The translations under genes were made by a program, and so were the position numbers. DNA of 64,000 nt from Acidimicrobiia bacterium (GTDB lineage Bacteria > Actinomycetota > Acidimicrobiia > Spongiisociales > JAENVV01): positions 13,518-77,517 of the forward strand of contig JBFKPQ010000001.1 of assembly GCA_041628225.1 (NCBI GenBank), given 5' to 3'. Shown piece after piece: positions 9,883 to 18,384 of this stretch. The first letter of the stretch is position 1. Each line of letters starts with the position of its first letter. The notes beneath the pieces were generated by a model. That model worked only from the letters and a program-made list of their open reading frames with translations, had not been told where the DNA came from and made no database searches.

Positions 9883-10128
9883 GTGACGACGGCGAACGAC
9901 TGGCAATCGAGGGGGTTGTGCAGGGGGAATCATTCACATTTGTTTTTTCCACCGAGCACCTTCGAGCGCAAAGACGAACGTCAACGTCGCGAAGCGAGAG
10001 CCAAGGCGATCTGCCAGGTGTGCCCGGTGGAGAAAGACTGTGTCGACTACGCCCTCGACATCCGTGAACCGTACGGGATCTGGGGCGGCACGACGGAGTC
10101 CGACCGGAGAGCTTTGATCGCCTCCTGA
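9883..10128 (+). CDS. WhiB-family (Wbl) Fe-S transcription factor
   Basis: Four-Cys pattern and C-terminal GIWGG..R motif (C..CQVCPVEKDCVDYAL..YGIWGGTTESDRR). GTG at 9883 is preceded by GGAGGAGG. The track ORF begins at TTG 9847, and 9865 ATG is an alternative start. Confidence 0.75.
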   Translation: MTTANDWQSRGLCRGNHSHLFFPPSTFERKDERQRREARAKAICQVCPVEKDCVDYALDIREPYGIWGGTTESDRRALIAS

Positions 10129-10150
10129 GCAAACGAGTTCGTGTGGTGAG

Positions 10151-10180
10151 GGCCGGCCCGAAGCGGGTCGGCCTTTTCCT
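10151..10180. terminator. Hairpin plus T-run between convergent whiB and selB
   Basis: ggccggcccgaagcgggtcggcc followed by ttttcctt, with additional outer pairing (gtgag...ctcac). Confidence 0.5.
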
Positions 10181-10184
10181 TGGC

Positions 10185-12002
10185 TCACCGCAACCGGCGG
10201 ACGTCACCGTCTCTCATCGTGACCCCGGTGGCGTCGAGCCACTCCAGCAGCGGTACGGCGTACTTGCGTGAGATCGCCAGGGCATCCTTGAACTCGGGGA
10301 CCGAAAACGACGGTGCGAGCGTCCCGAGCCTCTCCCGGAGCGCGGCCACCTGCTCGGGCAGATAGACGAGATCGTCGGCGACCCTCACGAGCCGCCTCTC
10401 GCGCAACAAGACGTGCAGCATCTCGCGATCGATGGCGAGCTCACCGAGCTTCGGCACGCTCCAGCCGGCCGACGCCAGCGTCGCCTGGACCTCCTGCCAG
10501 ATCGCCTCCTGATCGGCGGTCAATCCTGCTTCGAAGTCGGCCCGCGCAACGGTTGCACCGTCGTCGCGCAGTGCGGCCGACGAGGCGAGAAGCTGGTCCA
10601 GGGCTGCAACCTCGAGGTCGAGACGGCTGGCGAGGCTCGCCTTCGGCATGCCGGGGCGGAGGGGATTGGCGGCGTGGAATTCGCCGACGGCGCCCTCTGC
10701 GCCGGTCAGCAGCCTCGCCACGGTCTGGTCGTTCAGCGCGAGATCTCCCGCGACGAGTGCGGCGGTCGGCACCCCTCCGCCGGTCTGGCGGGACAGCTCC
10801 TCGTGGGAGGCGCGGCCGCGGATCTCCAGGAGGAGCGAGGCGGCCTCGTCCGGCGGAGCCGCCAGCAGACGTTCGAGGACCGCGGCGTGGATGGCGACGT
10901 GCCCGGGGCGCGAGTCCGAGTCGGGATCGACGATCTGGCCGCCGGCGACGACCGCCTGCCGTCCGGTCTCGCGCACGATGAAGCGGTCGCCCACCGCCGC
11001 CGGAAATGGCCGATCGGAACGCAGCACGGCGAGACCGGCATCGGCGATTCGATCTCGGCCCACCGGCCTGAGTTCGATCGGCCACACCCCGGTGCCGAGG
11101 TGCAGGTGGTAGGCGCCGCGCCGGTCGAGACCGTCCTCGACGTATCGCGCCACCCGCAGGTGCACGGCCACCGTGGTGGACATGAAGACCGAGCCCGGCG
11201 CCGCCAGGAGTGTGCCCCGGCCGACGTCGGCTCGCTCGACGCCCCCGAGGTTGACGGCCGTACGTCGGCCGGGCTTGGCCGAAGGGACATCTCGCTCGTG
11301 CGACTGCAGCGTTCGGACGCGCGCGGTCGACGGGCCTGGCCACAGTTCGACGTCCTGTCCCACCTCGAGCGCGCCGCCGAGGAGCGTACCCGTGACCACG
11401 GTTCCGGCGCCTGCGATGGTGAAGGCTCGATCCACCCACATGCGAGGACGCCCTGCGTCGGCGCGAGCAGCCTCTGCGGCGCGAGCGACGGCCGACAAGG
11501 CGGTCCGTAGCTCGTCCAGTCCCACGCCCGCGATGGCCGACACGCCGATGATGGGGCAGTGTTCCAACCCGGTTCCCTCGAGCTGATCGGCCACTTCGAG
11601 TTCGGCGAGTTCGGCGAGCTCGGCATCCACTCGGTCGACCTTGGTGATGGCGACGACGCCGGTTGTCACGCCGAGCAGGTCGAGGACGGCCAGGTGCTCC
11701 TCGGACTGCGGCATCCACCCCTCATCGGCTGCGACGACGAACAGTGCAGCGTCGATGGTCTCGGTACCTGCCAGCATGTTCTTGATGAACCGTTCGTGGC
11801 CCGGAACATCGACGAACGACACATCGACCCCGTCGAGGACGGCCCACCCGAACCCGAGGTCGATGGTGAGGCCGCGTTCCTTTTCCTCTGCCCAGCGATC
11901 CGGATCGCGCCCCGTGAGTGCCTCGATGAGCGTGGACTTGCCGTGGTCGACATGACCGGCCGTGCCGATCACCGGCACGTGGCTGCTCCCGAGCGCAGAC
12001 AT
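10185..12002 (-). CDS. selB: Selenocysteine-specific translation elongation factor SelB
   Basis: Internal ATG at 12002 (MSALGSSHVPVIGTAGHVDHGKSTLIEALTG..). EF-Tu-like GTPase motifs (GHVDHGKS, DVPGHE, TKVD) and long C-terminal winged-helix extensions, 605 aa. The 5' 37 codons of the track ORF are Arg/Gly-rich and lie inside selA. Confidence 0.85.
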   Translation of the reverse strand: MSALGSSHVPVIGTAGHVDHGKSTLIEALTGRDPDRWAEEKERGLTIDLGFGWAVLDGVDVSFVDVPGHERFIKNMLAGTETIDAALFVVAADEGWMPQSEEHLAVLDLLGVTTGVVAITKVDRVDAELAELAELEVADQLEGTGLEHCPIIGVSAIAGVGLDELRTALSAVARAAEAARADAGRPRMWVDRAFTIAGAGTVVTGTLLGGALEVGQDVELWPGPSTARVRTLQSHERDVPSAKPGRRTAVNLGGVERADVGRGTLLAAPGSVFMSTTVAVHLRVARYVEDGLDRRGAYHLHLGTGVWPIELRPVGRDRIADAGLAVLRSDRPFPAAVGDRFIVRETGRQAVVAGGQIVDPDSDSRPGHVAIHAAVLERLLAAPPDEAASLLLEIRGRASHEELSRQTGGGVPTAALVAGDLALNDQTVARLLTGAEGAVGEFHAANPLRPGMPKASLASRLDLEVAALDQLLASSAALRDDGATVARADFEAGLTADQEAIWQEVQATLASAGWSVPKLGELAIDREMLHVLLRERRLVRVADDLVYLPEQVAALRERLGTLAPSFSVPEFKDALAISRKYAVPLLEWLDATGVTMRDGDVRRLR

Positions 12003-13309
12003 TCGATGACGACCCGATCGTCGGCCGGATCGACGGCCCTGACGTCCACGAAGACCCGTCCCGCCTCGCGTCTCGCCACGATCGGGATCGGGCCGGCGAG
12101 GAGATGATCCCACCAGCGGTCAGCCGACCCGTCGATCGCGATGATCGGGGATGGCATCGTGAGGCCAGGGACCGAACCCGCCCCGGGCAGCGAGGCCGAG
12201 GGCTCGATGGCGCCAAAGCCGATGGCCTCCTGGATCGAGGTGAGTCGGTCGGTTAGGGATTCGACCGACCGCGCGGCCATGGCCCAGAACGGGATCTCGT
12301 CTGCCCTACCGTCGAGGTAGAGCTCCAGCGTGACGCCCAGCGCAGCGAGCGTGGCTCCCGAAACTCGCAGTGCCCGCGCCATCGGGTGGCTCGTCAGTCG
12401 CTCGATGAGGGCAGTCCGTCCCAAGATGAGGCCGGCTTGTGGTCCGCCGAGCAGCTTGTCCCCCGACGCCAGCACGAGATCGGCACCGGCCGCCAACTCC
12501 TGCCGCAGGCCGGGTTCGGACTCGAGCCAAGCCGGTGGCGGACCGCCCAGCCAGGGGACCTGCTCGTCGATGAGGCCCGAGCCGACGTCGTAGACGAAGG
12601 GCACACCCTGTTCGGCGGACAGTTCGATCAACTCGCCCGACGTGGTCTCGGCGTTGAAGCCGACGACCCGGTAGTTGGACGGATGGACCTTCAGCGTCAT
12701 GGCGGTGGCGGTCGACATCGCCGAGACGTAGTCGGCGAGGCGTGTGCGATTGGTCGTGCCGACCTCGACCATGACAGCCCCCGATGCCGACATCAACTCG
12801 GGGAGGCGGTAACTACCGCCGATCTCGATCAGCTCTCCGCGCGACACGGGTACCTCGCGACCGTGGGCGAGTGCGGCGAGCGCCAAGAGGAGTCCGGCGG
12901 CGTTGTTGTTCACGACGGCTGCGCTCTCGGCGCCGGTCAGCTCGACCAGCAGCTCCCGGACATGGCTGGTGCGTCCGCCCCGGCGCCCGGTGGCGAGATC
13001 GAACTCGACGTTGCCGTAGGTGGTCGACGACTTCGAAGCTGCGGCGGCCGCATCGGGGTGGAGTGGTGCCCTTCCGAGATTGGTGTGGAGGAGCACTCCG
13101 GTGGCATTGATGACCCGTGCGGGTCGCCGGAGGGTAAACGCCGCAGCCTGCCGACGGGCGAGTTCCAGTGCGTCGGCCTGTCCGCCCTCGAGCAGTACCG
13201 CCCGAGCTTCGTCGACCGCCCGACGGGCGATCCCCACCGCCACCGCGGCCGGCAGGTCGGCCAGGGCTCGAGCCACGGCGTCGACCGAAGGCAGGGATCG
13301 TAGGGACAT
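11969..13309 (-). CDS. selA: L-seryl-tRNA(Sec) selenium transferase SelA
   Basis: ATG at 13309 (MSLRSLPSVDAVARAL..). PLP-fold regions (INATGVLLHTNLGRAPL; GDKLLGGPQAG). Overlaps the selB start by 34 bp, as is typical. Confidence 0.85.
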   Translation of the reverse strand: MSLRSLPSVDAVARALADLPAAVAVGIARRAVDEARAVLLEGGQADALELARRQAAAFTLRRPARVINATGVLLHTNLGRAPLHPDAAAAASKSSTTYGNVEFDLATGRRGGRTSHVRELLVELTGAESAAVVNNNAAGLLLALAALAHGREVPVSRGELIEIGGSYRLPELMSASGAVMVEVGTTNRTRLADYVSAMSTATAMTLKVHPSNYRVVGFNAETTSGELIELSAEQGVPFVYDVGSGLIDEQVPWLGGPPPAWLESEPGLRQELAAGADLVLASGDKLLGGPQAGLILGRTALIERLTSHPMARALRVSGATLAALGVTLELYLDGRADEIPFWAMAARSVESLTDRLTSIQEAIGFGAIEPSASLPGAGSVPGLTMPSPIIAIDGSADRWWDHLLAGPIPIVARREAGRVFVDVRAVDPADDRVVIECLRSGAATCR

Positions 13310-13346
13310 GGTGCCATCGTACCCCCGCCGGTATCCTTGCCTCTCT

Positions 13347-13706
13347 ATGGTCCCCGCGCTCTTCGTCGTGGTTCCCATCGTGGAGCTTGTCGTGCTGGCG
13401 GTCGTCTCTGATCACATCGGATGGCCGGTGGCGCTCACCGTGGTCGTGATCACGGGTCTCTTGGGTGCGTGGCTGGTGCAACGCCAGGGCGCGGCGGCGT
13501 GGCGGGCGATCGGCGACGCCTTCCAACAGGGAAGGCTCCCGGCTGGAGAGCTGGCCGACGGAGCGCTGGTCGTGGTGGGTGGTGCGTTCCTGCTGACACC
13601 CGGCTTCCTCACCGATGTTGTGGGCTTTTCCCTCATGATTCCGCGGGTGCGAGCTTGGATTCGTCGTACGGTTTCCGCCCGGGTGCAGCGCCGGGTGATC
13701 CGGTGA
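13347..13706 (+). CDS. fxsA: FxsA family cytoplasmic membrane protein
   Basis: MVPALFVVVPIVELVVLAVVSDHIGWPVALTVVVITGLLGAWLVQRQG..; two TM helices and the basic C-terminal tail typical of FxsA; 119 aa. Confidence 0.75.
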   Translation: MVPALFVVVPIVELVVLAVVSDHIGWPVALTVVVITGLLGAWLVQRQGAAAWRAIGDAFQQGRLPAGELADGALVVVGGAFLLTPGFLTDVVGFSLMIPRVRAWIRRTVSARVQRRVIR

Positions 13707-14350
13707 CGGTGAGGCGGGCCGGCACCGTGTGTGTCGTCCGAGACGGCGACGGGGGCTTGGAGGTGCTGCTGGCCGAACGGACGAAGCGCGCCGCCTTCGT
13801 GCCGGGCGCCCACGTCTTTCCCGGCGGTGCCGTCGACGCCCTCGACGAGGCATGGGCGAACCGCTGGGGAGTCGACGGGTCGCTCTTGGCGGCGATCCGG
13901 GAGACCCACGAAGAGGTCGGGATGCTCGTCGGCCTGGAAGGTGTGGCCGCCGACGAACTCGACCGGACGTCTCCGGAACGCTTCTACGCAGGATTATCGG
14001 CTCGTCGGGCCCGCTTGCGGCCGGGGGCCATGGTGCAGGTGTCGACCTGGGTCACACCCCCGGGACCACCGCGTCGATTCGACACGGTGTTCTACGTCGC
14101 CGAGGGCGACGGGGTGCCCGATGTGGATGGCGAGGAGTTGGTGCACGCCGACTGGTTTCGGCCTTCCGATGCGCTGGAGTCGGCGCGCGCCGGTCAGTTG
14201 ACCGTGATCTCGCCGACGGTCGCCCATCTGGAGTTGCTCGCACGATTCGACACGGTGGAAGCGACTCTGGCCGGAGCGGGATCCGCGCAATACCGGCCGG
14301 TCGTCGACCAGGTCGCCGTCGAGGGCTACCGCTGGGATGGTCGGGCGTGA
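13703..14350 (+). CDS. NUDIX hydrolase
   Basis: GTG overlaps the fxsA stop (GTGA). Nudix box region GGAVDALDEAWANRWGVDGSLLAAIRETHEEVGM. Confidence 0.7.
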   Translation: MTVRRAGTVCVVRDGDGGLEVLLAERTKRAAFVPGAHVFPGGAVDALDEAWANRWGVDGSLLAAIRETHEEVGMLVGLEGVAADELDRTSPERFYAGLSARRARLRPGAMVQVSTWVTPPGPPRRFDTVFYVAEGDGVPDVDGEELVHADWFRPSDALESARAGQLTVISPTVAHLELLARFDTVEATLAGAGSAQYRPVVDQVAVEGYRWDGRA

Positions 14351-15135
14351 CGGAGATCCGCACCTTGCTCGCCCCCAATCCAGGCCTGTTCACGGGTCCG
14401 GGTACGAACACATACCTGGTGGTGTCTCGTGGCGAGGCGCTGGTCATCGATCCCGGGCCGCGACTCGACGATCACGAGCGGCGCATCACCGACACCCTCG
14501 CCGATCTCGAACCGGTGGGCGTGGTGGTGACCCACACGCACCCCGACCATGCCCCACTCGCCAACCCACTGGCTCGGGCGCTCGACGTGCCCGCCCTCGG
14601 GTGGGCGCCAGGTCCGGAATTCGAACCTGACGCACGACTGGCGGAGGGTGACTCCCTCGCCGTAGGCGACGCGCGGGTGCGCGTCATCCATACGCCTGGC
14701 CACGCCGACGATCACCTCTGCTTTTTGGCGGGGACCGCACTCTTCACGGGCGACCACATCATGGGCGGTTCGACCGTCATCGTCGACGACATGACTCGCT
14801 ACCTGGCGTCGCTCGCCCGGCTCCAAACCGTCGAGTTGTCCAGGCTCTACCCCGGCCACGGTCCCGTCATCGACGATCCCGCCACCGTCATCGAGTACTA
14901 CATCGAACACCGGCTGGAGCGTGAACGGCAGATCGTGGACGCCGTCCGCGCGGGGTCCGGCACCGTCGGCGGGATCGTCTCCGAGGTGTACAGCGACGTC
15001 GATCCCGCATATCATCCTCTGGCCGCCATGTCGGTGGCTGCACATCTCCGGAAACTGATGGCCGAAGGAACGGTTGCATTCACGCCCGAGAGTGCCGACG
15101 ACCTGTGGTCGGCACTCGTCACCCTGATCGCATGA
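14347..15135 (+). CDS. MBL-fold metallo-hydrolase
   Basis: GTG overlaps the nudix stop. HxHxDH motif (VVTHTHPDHAP), downstream His/Asp ligands (HTPGHADDH), and C-terminal winged-helix-like tail. Confidence 0.75.
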   Translation: MTEIRTLLAPNPGLFTGPGTNTYLVVSRGEALVIDPGPRLDDHERRITDTLADLEPVGVVVTHTHPDHAPLANPLARALDVPALGWAPGPEFEPDARLAEGDSLAVGDARVRVIHTPGHADDHLCFLAGTALFTGDHIMGGSTVIVDDMTRYLASLARLQTVELSRLYPGHGPVIDDPATVIEYYIEHRLERERQIVDAVRAGSGTVGGIVSEVYSDVDPAYHPLAAMSVAAHLRKLMAEGTVAFTPESADDLWSALVTLIA

Positions 15136-16208
15136 ACACGATTCGACTTCTCTCCGCACTGCTCGTCGTCGCCCTGGTGGCGGGGCCTGCCGCGGCCGAG
15201 GTGAGCCCCGAGGAGCTGGAGGCGGCGAAGGCCGAACTCCTCGAGGTGCGGGCCGAAGCGCAGGCGCTCACCGATCGTTTCGAGGAGGCGGTCGAGACGA
15301 AGGAACATCTCGACGAGCGGGTCGTTTCGATGCAGAACCGGGCCGACGAGCTCACCGGGCGTCTCGAGCACTCCCGCGCCCGCCTCCAGGACCGCGCCGC
15401 CCACATGTACATGGATGCCCTCGGATCGAACATGGCGGTGCTCCTGACGTCGTCGACCATCGGCGACGTCGGAACGAGCCTGGAATATCTCGAGGACGTC
15501 ACCGAGTCCGATCAGCGGCTGGTGGCCGATCTCGATGCCCTCGAGGACGAGTACGCCCGAAGCCTCGAGGAGCTCGAAGAGGCGATCGCGGCCCAAGCCG
15601 TGGCGGTGTCCGAGCTCGACGCGGCGGCCGAGGAACTCAACGCCAAGCTCGAAGGGATCCAGGCCGAGTACAACGAGCTGTTCGCGCAATGGCAGAAGGA
15701 AGAAGCGGCGCGGATCGCGGCGGCCGAGGCCGAGCGCCGGCGCCGGTTGCAGGAGCAGCAGCAGTCGGGTGGCGGAGGTGGCACCGCGCCACCGACCGTG
15801 ACCGGTGGACGAACGTGTCCGGTGAACGGATTCACGTCGTTCAGCGACACCTGGGGCGCGCCACGGTCCGGAGGCCGAAGCCATCGCGGCGTCGACATGA
15901 TGGCGGCGCGAGGTACGCAACTCGTCGCCATCGAGTCAGGCGTGATCTCACGGATGCGCAACGGCGGCCTGGGCGGCATCACCATCTGGCTGCGGGGTAA
16001 CTCGGGCGACGCCTTCTACTACGCCCACCTCGATGGGTGGGCGCCGGGGCTGTCGCAGGGACAATCGGTGTCGGCAGGTCAGTACATCGGCACGGTCGGC
16101 ACGACCGGGAATGCCCCGGCGAACGTGCCCCACCTGCACTTCGAGTATCACCCGGGCGGCTCAGGAGCCGTCAACCCCACCCCGCTGGTTCGCGCGCTCT
16201 GTGGTTGA
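15132..16208 (+). CDS. Secreted M23-family peptidoglycan metalloendopeptidase with N-terminal coiled-coil
   Basis: ATG overlaps the MBL stop (ATGA). Signal peptide; long Glu/Ala-rich coiled coil; C-terminal M23 motifs (HRGVDM..., HLHFEYH). Confidence 0.8.
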   Translation: MNTIRLLSALLVVALVAGPAAAEVSPEELEAAKAELLEVRAEAQALTDRFEEAVETKEHLDERVVSMQNRADELTGRLEHSRARLQDRAAHMYMDALGSNMAVLLTSSTIGDVGTSLEYLEDVTESDQRLVADLDALEDEYARSLEELEEAIAAQAVAVSELDAAAEELNAKLEGIQAEYNELFAQWQKEEAARIAAAEAERRRRLQEQQQSGGGGGTAPPTVTGGRTCPVNGFTSFSDTWGAPRSGGRSHRGVDMMAARGTQLVAIESGVISRMRNGGLGGITIWLRGNSGDAFYYAHLDGWAPGLSQGQSVSAGQYIGTVGTTGNAPANVPHLHFEYHPGGSGAVNPTPLVRALCG

Positions 16209-16214
16209 CACGCG

Positions 16215-16254
16215 GAAGAGGCCGGCGATCTCGCCGACCTCTTCTGCGGTTCGA
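16215..16254. terminator. GC-rich hairpin just after the M23 peptidase stop, between convergent genes
   Basis: gaagaggccggcga-tc-tcgccgacctcttc (one mismatch). Confidence 0.45.
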
Positions 16255-16387
16255 AGGTCTTCCGGAGGAGGATGAAGACCGACGATTGAGCTGCCCCCCA
16301 GCTGCTCCCTACCTTTGGCACGTTCTCTCCAAGTATCGACCGCGCAGGGTGAGGACTTGGGGGCGGTTCTAAATCGACGAGGAATGA

Positions 16388-17539
16388 CTAGTTAGCCGCC
16401 GGTGCCGGCGGGAGCGACTCGAAGATCTTGGCGATCCGTCCCGTGCACGTCTCGTCCTCGGCGGGCGGCACCAGTTCCGTAAGCCGTTTGGCGATCGAGG
16501 CGATGGCGAGGGCGGCCGGATTCGCCGGATCGGATCGAACGACCGGTTCGCCTTCGTCACCTCCCGCCACCATCGCCGGATCGAGGGGTATCGACCCGAT
16601 GAGCGGAACCCCCAAGGTGTCGGCCAGCGATTGGCCGCCCCCGGCGCCGAACAGGGCATACGTCGTGCCGTGGTCGCACTGGAAATCGGCCATGTTCTCG
16701 ACCACGCCGACCACCGGCATGAAGGAGCGCCGGGCCATGTCGGCGACACGGATCGCCACCTTTTGCGCCGTGGCCTGCGGGGTTGTGACCACCACCATCT
16801 CAGCCTGGGGGAGCAAGCGGGTGAGTGCCATCTGGACGTCGCCTGTGCCCGGAGGCAGATCGATCACCATATAGTCGAGTCCACCCCACTCGACCTGATT
16901 GAGAAACTGCTCGAGCGCCTTCGACAGCATCAGTCCGCGCCACATCAGGGCGGTTTCCTCGGATTCGACGATCAAGCCGGTCGAAACGACCTTGATGCCC
17001 TGCGCCTCGATCGGAATGATGTTGCGGTCGTCGTTTGCCTCGAGGCGCTGCTCGATCCCCAACATCCGCGGGATCGAGAAGCCCCAGATGTCGGCGTCGA
17101 GCAGGCCGACCCGGTGGCCAAGGTCGGCGATGGCGAGCGCCAGGTTCGTCGACAGCGAAGACTTGCCCACCCCGCCCTTGCCGGATCCGATGGCGATCAC
17201 GCGGGTGGTGGGCTCCACCTTCGTCGGGGTGGCGTTCTGGCGGGCGCGGAACCGGACCTTGCCCATGAGGTCGGCCCGCTGATCGCGGGTCATCGCCGTG
17301 GTCTCGATGTCGACTTCGTCCACGCCGGGAAGCGCCAGCAACTTGCGGCGCGTGTCCCCCTCGATCTGACCGCGCATCGGGCATTCGGCGATGGTGAGGG
17401 CGATGCCCACCGTGACCGTGGTGTCGTCGATGGTGACGTGGGTGACCATGCCGAGTTCCACGATGTCGCCGCCCAGCTCCGGGTCGACGACCCCCTTCAG
17501 CGCTTGGTAGACAGCCTCTTCGGTGACCATGGGCAGCAT
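16388..17539 (-). CDS. mrp: Fe-S cluster carrier ATPase Mrp/ApbC (N-terminal DUF59 + ParA-type P-loop)
   Basis: Walker A GSGKGGVGKSS and the CxxC-containing C-terminal region are conserved. Confidence 0.85.
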   Translation of the reverse strand: MLPMVTEEAVYQALKGVVDPELGGDIVELGMVTHVTIDDTTVTVGIALTIAECPMRGQIEGDTRRKLLALPGVDEVDIETTAMTRDQRADLMGKVRFRARQNATPTKVEPTTRVIAIGSGKGGVGKSSLSTNLALAIADLGHRVGLLDADIWGFSIPRMLGIEQRLEANDDRNIIPIEAQGIKVVSTGLIVESEETALMWRGLMLSKALEQFLNQVEWGGLDYMVIDLPPGTGDVQMALTRLLPQAEMVVVTTPQATAQKVAIRVADMARRSFMPVVGVVENMADFQCDHGTTYALFGAGGGQSLADTLGVPLIGSIPLDPAMVAGGDEGEPVVRSDPANPAALAIASIAKRLTELVPPAEDETCTGRIAKIFESLPPAPAAN

Positions 17540-17619
17540 CCTACGGGCGATGGAAACCTAGGAACGTTGTCGGCGGTTGCCGGTATAGTGAAGGCCCTCG
17601 CAGGCAGGAGCATTTACGC

Positions 17620-17982
17620 ATGGACCAACTGTTGACGATCAAGCCCCGTTCGAATCGAACGGTGACGCTCACGGAAGCGGCGGTCGCCAAGGTTGCCGAT
17701 TTGAAGGCCGAAGAGGGCGACGACGCGCTGGCGCTGCGCATGGCCGTTCGCCCCGGAGGTTGTTCGGGGTTTTCGTACGAGATGTTCTTCGATGCCGAAC
17801 TCGAGGACGGCGACGTCGTCGAGGAGTTCGATCGCGGCGTACGGGTCGTGGTCGATCCGCAGAGTCTCGAGATGGTGCGAGGCTCCACCCTCGACTTCAA
17901 GGACGGCCTGATGGGTGCCGGATTCGCCATCGACAACCCGAACGTCTCCCGCAGCTGCGGTTGCGGCAACTCCTTCTCCTGA
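17620..17982 (+). CDS. erpA: Fe-S cluster insertion protein (HesB/IscA/ErpA family)
   Basis: 120 aa. Conserved Cys in GGCSGFSY and the C-terminal CGCGNSF motif. Confidence 0.8.
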   Translation: MDQLLTIKPRSNRTVTLTEAAVAKVADLKAEEGDDALALRMAVRPGGCSGFSYEMFFDAELEDGDVVEEFDRGVRVVVDPQSLEMVRGSTLDFKDGLMGAGFAIDNPNVSRSCGCGNSFS

Positions 17983-17985
17983 GCC

Positions 17986-18363
17986 ATGCCGGGTCCGGCC
18001 GACACGCCGAGCGCTCCCGGGGCGTTCGGGCCCTACTCGCCGGCGTATGAGGCCAACGGCTTCGTGTTTCTCTCGGGTCAGGTGGGCGTCGATCCGGCCG
18101 ACGGGTCGCGAGCCGACGACGTCGCCGGACAGACCCGACAGATCATGACGACCATCGGGGCGATGCTCGGGGATGTCGGACTCGACCACTCGGACATCGT
18201 CAAGACGACCATCTTCCTGACGGACATGGCCGACTTCGAAACCGTCAACGAGATCTACGGCTCGTACTTCGACTCGGCGCCCCCGGCACGCTCCACCGTG
18301 GCCGTCGCGGCCCTTCCGGGCGGGTTCCTCGTCGAGATCGAGGTCACGGCCGCCCACCGCTGA
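17986..18363 (+). CDS. ridA: RidA/YjgF family reactive-intermediate deaminase
   Basis: 125 aa; typical YjgF fold sequence (GPYSPAY...VFLSGQ...IVKTTIFL). Confidence 0.8.
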   Translation: MPGPADTPSAPGAFGPYSPAYEANGFVFLSGQVGVDPADGSRADDVAGQTRQIMTTIGAMLGDVGLDHSDIVKTTIFLTDMADFETVNEIYGSYFDSAPPARSTVAVAALPGGFLVEIEVTAAHR

Positions 18364-18384
18364 CCCCGTCGGTAGCATCGCCGC

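Noticed and set aside
10441-11718. 425-aa and 297-aa Arg/Pro-rich ORFs on both strands inside selB
   Set aside because: They overlap the well-supported selB frame. Their composition (poly-R/G/P) is characteristic of spurious ORFs in GC-rich DNA.
16209-16387. Tiny ORF (MKTDD) with GGAGGAGG RBS in the M23/mrp convergent gap
   Set aside because: At five codons, it is more likely part of terminator/RBS-like GC-rich sequence. There is no support for a functional peptide.
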